A stretch of 64,000 bases of DNA. Source: Candidatus Woesearchaeota archaeon. GTDB lineage: Archaea > Nanobdellota > Nanobdellia > Woesearchaeales > JAGVYF01. The stretch lies in the NCBI GenBank assembly GCA_023264635.1, contig JAHFLT010000002.1, forward strand, positions 19,139-83,138, in the 5' to 3' direction. The notes under the pieces are model-generated. The model ran no database searches, was not told the origin of the DNA, and saw only the letters and a list, made by a program, of their open reading frames with translations. The position numbers were made by a program, and so were the translations under genes. Shown here in pieces: positions 1 to 12,000 of this stretch (its first letter is position 1; each line of letters starts with the position of its first letter).

Positions 1-48
1 ACCGGAGAACTGCGCTTTAATTCTGCAATTATTCCTCATCAGGACATT

Positions 49-3000
49 ATGGGTGGAAATGATGTTGTTGATCCGCACAAATTCCAGAGAATTGATGGCA
101 TGAGTCTTGATAGTCCATTCAGGCATCTCTTTATTGAGGTGGCAACAGGCTTTGACACACCTCAAACGCTGAAATATTACAACGATTTAGCACTCTATCC
201 AGAAACTGCTCCGTTAGATAGTACAATTGTTCAGTTCTCAATGACAGGACGTGCATATCTCTTTGTGCATGGCAAGGGACTAGTTGATATCACTAAGAAG
301 TATCAGGAACTAACCTTCCAAAGACCTGCTAATGCCAACCAACAGATACAAAGATTACTGGAAGAAGCAAAAAAATGTGGAGGAAAAATAACAGGTGCTG
401 CAACGTGTCCTGTTGCTGTATTCATAAAATTAGAACAAGCAATGAGAACCAACAATATTAATGATAAATACTATTACTTACGCCAAGCAAGAGAGCTCCT
501 CCAAAAAGTGCAAGATGGAATTCCTGCTACAGAAGCAGCACAAGCGCTTACACCCGAAGACATAGACCAAGTTATTGCAAGCATACGAGAGACAAAGTCT
601 GCATCTCCCCTTGCACAATTGATACAAAAAATTAAGGCCACACCGATAAAGCCAGAAGTAATGGCATTACTTATTGAAATTGATGAGGCACTTTCCAGTT
701 GGAGATATGACACAGTAGCAAGGGCACTTGAGCAATTGAACACTTACGGACCTGATGCACTTCCTGCACTTCCTATAATACATAAAGTGATGCAACAAAC
801 ACCACCGTATCCTGATTTGGTAGAAAGTATTGTAAACATGCAAAGCAATGCTCTGCAGGTTTTAGGGAAAATCGGTTCTATCAGTTATGTTAGCGACTTA
901 CACAATGCACTTGAAAATGCCCACCCACGGATAAGGCTTAATGCAGCGATAGCATTAGGAATAATGGGAGAAAGAAGCAGTAAGAGAGAACAAGAAAAAA
1001 TCATCGCGGCATTAGGATTATTGATAACCGAAGAAAAATATGAGGGTATAAGATCTGCTGCTATCTTCGCATTAGGTAATATAGGTTCACCAGAAGCGAG
1101 AGCAAACTTAGAAGAATTAGTACATCTTAAAGAATACGAAAAAAACGACCGGGATATAGCCAACATCCTTATTTCATTGGGAGAGATGGGGCATGATGCA
1201 ATTGAATCATGGGAAACCATTATTCCTTTTACCAGTATAAACCAGCCCAAGTATGTTAGAGTAACTGCATTAAAAACAATCGGGAGAATTGGTTCTCCGG
1301 AAGGAATACCTGTATTAATAGAAGCACTAGGTGATAAAGATACTGAAATACATGATGCTGCTGAATTCGGGTTACACGTCGCAAGAAAAGAAGCTGTACC
1401 CGCACTTATCAAGGTAATTGACAATAAAAATAGAAATGTCCGACAAAGTGCATCTAAAATATTGAGTGAAGGTGGGATAGATACTATTGCAGCTGTGCCT
1501 GTGCTGATGAAAAAAGGATATTCTGCAGAAGCAATATCTGCAGAAGCAATACTACTTCACGCAAAAAAAGAGATAGAACAAGGCATATCACTCACTGAAG
1601 AACAGAAAGAAACAGCTGCCCAAGCAATAGTCACTGCACTCGCATACAAACTTTCTCCAACAGCACTTCCACTGGGTTTATTCATTCTAAAAGCTACAGG
1701 AGCCACAGCTACTGATGCAGCGATGATGGCATTGAGCGAAGGAAGAATTGGCCCCGAAATTGCGAAAGTCATCGTAGCCCGAACTGCCACAGATGAACAG
1801 CTACAACTTATGCTATTGAGTGAAAATGCGCCTGTTCGTACTGTTGCATTGAGTGTCTTTATACAACAAAAAGGAGCAGAAGCAATCCCTACTCTTATGG
1901 ATGCGCTTCATGACGCTTCTCCTGAAGTTCTCATTGCTTCACTGACATTCTTTTTAGTGGGAAGAATACACCTATTATCATCTGAACAAAAGAGGTTATT
2001 AGGAGAAAGAGTGACTGAATTAGTAGAACATCCCCGTCCAGCAGTAACTGCGAAAGCTATCACAATTCTCGCTGAACTAGGTAATCAAGACTATTTGCCC
2101 ATTATTGTGAAATTTATAGAGGATAATGAATATTCTTTTCGGGCCATCATAAAGCAAGTGAGCAAAGAATGGAGGAGTAGTTTGGGTATTGAGAGATACA
2201 CATTAGAACAGAGTCAAGCAGTGTCCACTGCATTATCCAGTCTTGCTGCATTCGGACATGCTGCAATTCCATCGATTATAGAACGAATAAAGGTCCCCGC
2301 GGTACAAGAAGGCATTTTCAATCGAGCATATAAGTTATTTGATGCAGAGCTTGATGCAACAATAAATAATGACCTAACCGGATTTAGAAATTGGATTGAG
2401 AATGATCCGCAGAATGCTGCGCTGCTTCTCTTTGATAATTATCCAAGACCAGAAGAGATAACGTCACCAGAACAAAGACAAGAAGTGGTTACTGCGATTA
2501 AACAAGACCTCCGGGCTGCAAGGGTAGCACAGACGAAATATAGAGGAGTTGCAGAGCGATATGTAAATGGTCGGGTGGTAGAACGGAAAATGCTTGAATC
2601 CCCTGAATTTGTCAGAGCAAAAGAGCTGAAACTCAAGCGGCTGGCACAAATGCTTAGAAACGTAGGTGAACAGGAAGCTGCCGAACTGCAGGAAGCAGAA
2701 AGATTATTGCAGGGAGAAGCGCCCATCTTTAGAGAAGCTGAAAGGCAAATGGGCACCGTGACAAGCCCAGAAATGGAACAACTTATTGCGCAAGATCCCA
2801 CCGTGACACGAGAGACTGCTTTGGTGGTATTAGACAAACTACAGAGTGAACTACAACTTCCCACTGTTCTCCCAGAAGAGGTTCTGCCTGCAATGCAAAA
2901 AGTAAAACCCATGCTAAAAGAAGAACTAGATATCGATATGGCCATTACCAGAAAACTAGCAATCGCTGCAGGAGACTATATGGGTGCTTTAGTTTCAGTA

Positions 3001-6000
3001 TTTACGTTAAATCCTGTATTTGTGACAGCTGGTCTTTTTGCTGGTACGGCCGTTGGTGGTGAAGCGTTAAAGTTGGCAATGACAACAAGCACAAGACAAA
3101 GAGTTGAAGAAATACTCTCAGCGCTCGAGGAGATATTGAACCTTCCTCCGGATAAAGTGGCAAATAGAGTAGTGCCATTTGAGCATCTCTATACAGTTGC
3201 ACGACAGATACACAATGCACGAGCAGACCTTTCAGATGAATATATAGTCACGAGATTAAAAGAACTGTATAATGCACGAATCTTTGCATGGCAGATCGAG
3301 CAATTAGAAGAATTTTGGGTATTGCCTGACATTGAACAAGCTATAGCCATTGCAAAAAGTAACTTTCCCATAGAATATGCAAAAGCATTCTGGAATAAAG
3401 GAGCAGGAATTCATGATATTGCGGAACTAAGCGAACGCTACAGAACAACAGAAGGGCAGGTTACAGTTGATTTGATGTATCACTTCCTCCCACAAATAGA
3501 AAGGTTCAGGATGGATGATTACAATACATTGGAAAAAAGAGTGATGGATGCTGAGATGGATGTTCTCGCTGAGGCTGTTGCTCTGCCACTTGAAGAAGAT
3601 ACTACCGGAAGAATAAGAGAACTGCTCAGGGGAAGAGAAGCTGAAGTTGTTCCAGAAAATGAAGTCAAACTCATCGAACAAAAGAGGTGTGAAAGCCCAT
3701 GTAAAGAGAGAAATGCATTCATGGCTGCATTGGCACAAGCAGCTGGGTTAGCACTATCAGACGCAGAAAGAGAGAAAGCACAGAGCGAAGGAAAAATTGT
3801 TGTTTCATTGCCGAATGGTGTCTTTGTCACCCAAGAAGCACACAATTTCCTCCAGAAAGTGGTTGATGTGAAATTCTTTGAATCATTATTGGAATATAGT
3901 AATCCCAAACACGCACAATATGATGAGGTAAAGAAAGTATTGCACCAGGCAGAACAAGATGGAAAAGTAAGAACAGCACTGGAAAGAGCGGTTGTCCAAA
4001 TGGCAAAAGCAGGTATTGCCTTGCATGAGAATAATGCTTTTGCTGCGAGAGATGCTATACGTAATGCTGTACGAGAAATGAATGGTGCTGGTGAAGGTAT
4101 AACACAACAACTGAACGCAGCATTGGATGCTAAAGACTATAGAACACTCATGCAATTATTAGCGACGCCAGAGAGTGCAACTCGACAGGCAGTTCTTGGC
4201 GCTATGGGAAAGAGAGGCCTCGCAGGATTAGCACCTCCTTTTGAACCTGCACTCTATCTAAAATATGCATATGCTTATGCAGCAGAGGAAGGAGTACGTT
4301 TCCTCATGGATTATGTCATGCCATTTGCGCAACAGAATGAGCTTCAACCAGGTTGGGCATTATTATATCTTGCTCGTGCATACAGGATGAATCCTGAGCA
4401 TGTCAAAGACATCTTGGGTAAGAAACCACATCTGGCTACTTTGGAGATATTTGCTGACGAAGAATTGAGAATCAGATCAGCCACTGCAGTGACAACAGGA
4501 CAGCTCAAGAAGAATCTTTTAGTAGGCGATCGAATACATGGAACGTCTCTCGGGGCTTTAGAATCCGTGCGTTCTGATGGTCTGGAGTTATCCAAGTCGT
4601 TTGAAGGAGAAGCAGTGGTAGCAGCTACTGAAGTTGATAACCCCATCAAAAACAATCTTAATCTTCTTGACCCGTTAAGTTATGCCATTGGCAGGTCCCG
4701 TGAACGAGGAGATTGGCCCATTCTGCTGCGAATCAGTAGAAATAATCCAGAACAGCCAAAAAGAGAAGGACCAGGCTATAATGAAATCTGGTACCATAAC
4801 AATATCCATCCCGAATATATTGAATATTTCAATCCATTCACCGGAGAATGGAAATCTATTACCAAGCTGACGCCCCTTGAAGGAGACAGTCTCAAAAAAC
4901 AATTCAGTGATGCATGGAAAAAGCAGCAGATGCAGGTGCAAGGACAAGATAAACTATTGGTAACAACTAATCAAATCTATATGGATACTCCACAGTATGA
5001 ACGTGCTTACGAACGTGCTACTGCTGTAAAAACACCTTCATTAGTGGGGGAGCCAACCCGCGCTGAACATGATTTTACAGAAAAAAAGGTCCTTGCTCTC
5101 GGAGAACGACTAAAATGGCCCCAAGAAATGCAGAAAAAGTACAGAAGTAAAATAACCATTCTCAACAATGAAGATGAAGCATTGTACATGTACAATGCTT
5201 ACAAGAAAATATATCCTACTCAAATCGAAGGTGTACAGTTCCAAAGGGATGACTATTTCAAACCATTTAGTGTTCCTGAAAAATATGATGTTGTTACCTT
5301 AAACTTTCCAGATTATGTTGGTATACCAAATTTCGAACAGTTAGTAACGAATATAAAAAATGCATTAAAAGAAGAAGGGAAGTTTTATCTGGTAAGTGAA
5401 GGTGAGCCTGGCGTAGTGAGCGGACATATTACTCAGGGAAATGTTGCTTTGCTTAGAGCATTAAAGGAAAAAGGTTTTATTCTTGTACTCGAGGGGAATG
5501 CAGAAAAAAATCTTAGAGGATATACAGAGGAAGCATCATCACTCCACTTTCCCCTTGATCTCGCATACGTATGGGTTTTCAGAAAATCAATAAATGTTCC
5601 CAAGCAAGCAGACTGCAAAGGTGGATCGCTTGTATGTACAGTGACATTCTCACAACCAATTGAAGACATACTTGTGACAGCAGATAGAATAACAGAAAAA
5701 ATAGAAGAAGCTACCGATGCAATTCTCCCAGCACCGATAACCTCGCTAAGCAATGATAAAAGATCTATCTCTATGACATACAAAACAGAACAACAATTTG
5801 ATTATGATGCTCTTAAAAAAGAAATCGAGAGCGGGTTGCCTTCTGGTGAACGTGTAACTCTAGCCACATCAAGTGAAGAGATACTCAGAAAAGATCCCCA
5901 CATTATTTCATTTGAAACGGGAAGATATACTCTACCTGAAATAGACTATAGCCAGTTCTCAGATCAAGCACGTGCAAAATATCTTGTAAACCGTCTGGAT

Positions 6001-9000
6001 GCATTCCTAAATGGGCCTATCATTAAAGATTCATTTGAGACACACGAAAAAAGAGTTACATGGAGAGAAACACTTCCTCAGGATGTCAGAGCATATTATG
6101 AGACCAATAGTCTTCGGTATAATCTCATAGTAAAACTTACTTTTTCCGGGTGGAGTATTATCCGATTCTATTTGGGTGATGCCTACATTCAGAATAATGA
6201 AGAAGTAAAGACAGCTGTAGAAGAGATAGAAAAATTATACCTTACTATAGATAAATATGACAAATTATCCTTAGAGGATAAAGTTCTTCATGGTAAAGAA
6301 ATAAAAAGAGCTGCGCATAATGTTCTGGGTGCATTAGCAGCCGGGAAAAAGGCGCCGAAAGGAGGAGCAGGAGAGGTCTCACCACTACAAAAAGGAGCGG
6401 AAAAAGCAAAGCCACTTGCTGCATTGACACTTGATATTGGTGGGCAGAGTTTCCCATTACCGAAGGTAAAAGTAGATGAGAACATAGATGCAGAAGGATT
6501 ACTGCGTTTAATAGCAAATACAGCAGACTGGCCACAAGCAGAAAAAAAAATAAAAGATATTCTTGCTGAAAATAATCTGGAAGAAGGTGTTGTTGTGGAT
6601 GGGGATGGTGATCTGGTTCTGTATGTGAAAGATAGTGAGGGAGTAATAAGAAAAGTTGGGGTGAAAGCATTTGAACAAGCAGTTTCTGAACAAGTAGAAC
6701 AACCAGTCTCATGTGGCCTTGGCTCAGGATTCTGCGGGGGGATGAATACGAAAGTACTTCCCTCAATAGGATCAGAGACTGTCCTCAGAGGACAGACCAT
6801 AGACATCAAAAATCCCACAATAGAACTAGCAGGTAAAATAGTGGAAATCAGACTAAGTAAATCTATAATAACACTTCATGAAAAACGAGGGAGATTTTTC
6901 CTGACCTACGAAGGAAGAGACATCCCATTGGATAAACCTGTAACAAAAATAGGAAGAGATTCTGGAAATGATATTGTTATTGAATATCCCTCTGTCTCTC
7001 GAAGGCATCTCGAGATAACATATGACAAGCAAAAAGGCATTTCCATCAGAGACCTCAATTCGCTAAATGGCTTACTTATCAGTGTCGGGAAAGAACTATC
7101 GCCCACGGAGAACGTTGCATCAAAGAATCTTGAAGTAATGAAGAAGAATACCCGAGGTGGAATGCTTGATTTGGTAAACAAAGAGAGTATGGGAGGGAAT
7201 GCTGGTTTTTATCAGGGTTACCCTGCGGTTGCTGCAAATTTTTATTTTAACCCAACAACAGGAGAGATTGTTTATTTCAGAAATATCCAGGATGTGCCTC
7301 CGGATATTCGTGCCTGGCATGCAAAAGGCACGTTTTTGGCTGCTGTAGACATACGAAGCGGGAAGTATAGTATTTTCAAATTTTGGTCAGACACAATTAT
7401 TTCTGGTAAGACTATGCAAGTCATGGAGGAATCAATACAACGCTTCAACAAAGAAGGTGGATTTGAAATACCAAAAGTTACTTCTACGACTCCAAAAGGA
7501 GAGCTCCAGATGTCTCCCATTGCAACAGTAGCTGCGGCAGCTATTGTGTTGATTAATCCCGTTGTAGGCGTGGGAATAATGGTGGGGTATGCATTGTATA
7601 GAGTAGGAACAATAGTGTTTGATACAATTGATGACTGGCTTCACCCAATACGCCCAGAACAGCAAGCACTTATAGACCAACTCAAAGATCCTAACCAGAA
7701 AGAAGAAGCCGCAAACATCCTTCATGGCATGGGAGCAAGAGCAGTTCCTTTTTTGCTCTACTCATTAAAAAAAATGGATAGTGAAACAAGTTATTCAGTA
7801 AGAAACATCATAGTAAATATGGGTGATGAAGCAATTCCCGCATTGCTCAATGCATTGGAGAATAATGATAATGATATCAGAAAGAATGCTGCTAGTATCA
7901 TCCGGAGTATAGAACCAACGGACAAGAAATTGATTCCTGCATTGATTCCTGCACTCTCAGACAATGACTTTAATGTTGGATATGACACCGCAATAACCTT
8001 AGCTAAAATAGGAGCAGATGCTGTTCCTGCCCTGCTGAAAGTGATAAAGAAAGGGGGTCAGAATAGCAAAAGAAATGCCGTATATGCACTAGGTTTTATG
8101 GATTCTGTTCCGCAAGAAGCTGTGCCTATCCTCATAAAAATCCTGCAGAACCAGGACATTTACTACAGGAGTTTTGCTGCAACAGCGCTGGGCAAAAGCA
8201 GAGATCCTCATGCAATTCACGTCTTACGGCAGGCATTGCATGATACAGAAAAAAAGGTGAGGGCGGAAGCTGCAAAAGCATTAGGGAAACTGAATGACAG
8301 AGAAGTAATACCTGAATTAACGAAACTTTTAAAAGATGAATTTATAGAAGTAAGGATTGCTGCTATTGAAGCTATGAGAATAATCGGCATCACGGAAGAT
8401 GATACTGTAACAATCAATAGCCTCATTGAAATAGTACAAACAACAGAGGACTCTGACATAAAACGTGCAGCGATACGAGTTTTAGGGGCAAGCAGTTCTG
8501 AGAGTGCTGTATCTATACTGGTAGCAATTGCAAGAGGTCAAAACCAGCCACAAACAATGAAAATCATAGCACTTGAGGCACTTGGTTCTCTAGGAGCTGT
8601 TGCAAAAACAGCTATTCCTCATCTTGTGGAGATTATAAGAACAGATCCATGGAATAATGGTCATTATGCAGCAAAGGCATTAGGAAACATGGGCAGTGAA
8701 GCGCTTCCTGTGGTGCTTGAGTTGTTAAGAGTTGGGGGAAACATACCCTATACTATTTTTGAAGACTCAGCTGTAAAAATACTGGTGAATGAGGGAATTG
8801 CTGCAATACTACACCAATTGAAAGGCCCAAGATCATATAACAGAAAAGTTGCTATCATGGCTCTGGGAAAGCTTAGCCCGGAAATAGCAAATACTCCTGA
8901 AATAAAAGCAGAATTAGTTAATGCACTTACAGATCATCTATCCTCTGTCCGTGAGAAAGCTGCTGATGCACTTGAACAAATGGGAGAAGCTGCTTTGCCA

Positions 9001-12000
9001 GAATTAATACAACTGCTACGGGGGGAGGATGACAGATTACTTACTCCCGCAATAAAACTCTTGACACGACTTGGAGCAAAAGCAGTGCCTTCGTTGACCC
9101 TCCTTCTTAGCGATGAAAATGCAATTGCCAGAAGAATGGCTGCAAAAATCTTAATAGGATTAGAGGATGACGCAGCTCCAGCAGTAGATGCACTGATAAA
9201 AGCACTGAATGATGAAGATGAAAATGTTCAGGCATTTGCTGCAAGTGCATTGAGTAAGATAAAAAAAGAGAGAAAAAGAATTATCACTGCCATGCTTGCA
9301 CAACTCACAGTAAGTACCTCACCAAGACAAGAAGTTACTCTCATTGAGGCATTAAGCGATATGAAAGCTGAAGAAGCAACTCCCTATCTGATTTCAGCAT
9401 TAGTGAGTGAAACCACAAGACCTGCTGCAACTGAGGCGTTGGGCATGATGGGCAAAAGTGCTGTTTTGCCGCTTATAGACCTGATAGAAAAGACAAATGA
9501 TCTGGACATAAAAACCAGTGCAATTATCGCGCTAGCATCAATTGGTCTTCTTGCAGAAGAAGCCATTCCGACATTAGTCAAGACACTGAAAGACCCACAA
9601 CTGAATATTGTCTCCCTAAATGCATTAATTGCTCTGAAAGATGCTGCACTGCCATCTCTTAAAAAAATTATCGAAGACAGAACAGAAGAACCAACACTAC
9701 GCATCTATGCAATAGAGGGGATGATAAAAATAGGGAAAAATTATAAGGATGTGGGAGAACTACTGTGGGGTATCCTTCTTGACCCTACGGAAAATAGCAA
9801 TGCGAGACATGCTGTTGGTGCTAGGATAACTGCAATAAGTGATGGAGAATCTATTAGCAATAAAATGCAGATAGATCGCAAACTGGCTGAATATATTTCA
9901 CGCCAAACAGATGCGCTAATGGACCTCATCCTGCACCCTGTGAAGAAAGCTGCTCTCAATGCTATTGCAACACAACTTGGAAAAGAGCGTACTGCGCATC
10001 CCAGCGAGAGAAAGATTGGTGAAGATGAGAAACTGACATTATTTGAGTATCTTTTCTCATTGAGCGACGACCAGGTGATGAATGCAAAAGAACTATTTGA
10101 CCAATACTTCAAAAATGACCCAACCCAATATACTATTGACCTTAATTCTCTTACTGAATTGATAAGACATATTGGATTAGATGGTTTAGAGCGATTGATA
10201 GCAATACTAAATGACCCATACCACAGTGTTGAGGATATTCTTGTGCTTGCTCAAGAAAGTCTTGGAGCATTGCCTGAAGCCGAGAGGGAATACACAAAAA
10301 GAAAATTGAGATGGATCATTGAAAACCATCGCATGCTTGAAGAAGAATTACAGGAGATTAAGGAACTCACTGTGGGGATGAGCTCAGAGGATGCTATGGC
10401 ATTATTAGAAGCTATAGATAAAGCAAATACGCCAGATGCGCTTCTTTCATTTACTAGACCAATAGGGCAGATATTCAAAGTCAAGCTGAGCAGCATGCCA
10501 CCAAATGAGGTAACGCCTTTCTTGATAAAAATAATAAATGCGCTTGACAGCATGAAGATTGCAGGAAAAACCAGATTGAATGATGCACAGAAACAGGAGG
10601 TGCTGGCTAAAGTCAGAGAAACAATGCAATCATTGCCAGAACAGGAGCAAAGAAGAGTATTATTCGGCATTCTAACCAAACTAAGCAGGAATAAAGAAGA
10701 TATTCTCACATTCCTGCAGCTATTTGAAGGACAGACGCCATTACAACGATTGGTAAGCGAATTTAGAGATATCCTTAATGATGCCGACATCCAGAATATT
10801 ATTACAACACCATTGCTTACTACTGAGCAAAAGATAGCACTCCTGACGCAGCTAAGCAAAGACCCGATAGACCTAATTCTTAAGAAACTACCACCTGAAG
10901 CAGCAACACTGCAAGAAGATATCAGGAAAATCAGTCAGAAAAGTGCTCCCACAATGGGAACAAAGATTCCCCATGTCTTTTTTGAAACCGTTATGAAGGT
11001 GAGTCAATTTGACTCTTCTGTCATTACGTCATTTCAGCAAGTGATAACTGCTGAGCCTGTTAGAAGGACTGGATTGCTGAAAAACCTGTTGTATGAAAAA
11101 ATGGTTGAGCTGTCCCGAACTGGATATGACAATACGCAACAGATTTTCTCGGGGATACTGAACGCAGTGAAAATCCAGTTTCATGATTTTCGTGATATCT
11201 CCAAAAATGGCAGGGAAGTTGCTGAGACGCTCAAACAACGAATTGAACAGATGATGACAATAAAAGAGGTAAAAGCAAATGCCTTGGGCAATGTGTTTGT
11301 TGATTTTGAGGGGAACCCCTTGCACGAAGAAAACAGAAAACTCAGAGAATTAGCAGAAGTAATTGAAAAAGAGCTGCTTGAAAAGAATATATTCAACAAA
11401 GAAGCATACGAACAGATGCAGAAAATACTCAGCACAATAAAGATTAACGACCTGTTAGCTGCTTTTGGGAATAATGTAAAAATAGAGAATAGGGAAAACG
11501 TCATGAGGAAACTCACAGAATACAGAAATACTCCTGCAGGCAGGCAAAAAGACTATAATGGGTATGACTTGTACAAGTTACTTCAGAAATATCTGAAACA
11601 GAAACATGAAAACATATTCAATACAGTGCTCTACGACGCGCTGATACATGAGATAGAAGGCACATTCTCTCCATGGAGATACCAAAGCCCTGATTACATT
11701 GCAACGCTTGATGCCTTTATTGAAAATGAAATCAAAAAAAATGGGGTTGAGGACGAATTTAAAATCATTGATGGGAAAAATCCCGTAGAAAAATTGGCAA
11801 ACAGTGAGTACAGGGATATCAAACAAAATATGGGGAGAATACGCACATGGGAACAGCCAGCCAGCAAGGCCATAACAATAGGAAAGGAGGAATACACGCT
11901 CTCATTTGCAGATGATTTATTTACACTTATCAACGTAGGAAACAGCCCGTTCTTTTTCAGCTGCCAGAACTGCATAAGCGGTAGCTACAACGAGGGACTG

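Noticed and set aside
474-11975. Numerous 60-200-aa minus-strand ORFs inside the giant gene
   Set aside because: They lie entirely within a continuous 12.4-kb sense ORF with coherent domain content. The antisense ORFs are low-complexity (Ser/Ala/Cys-rich), as expected from chance.
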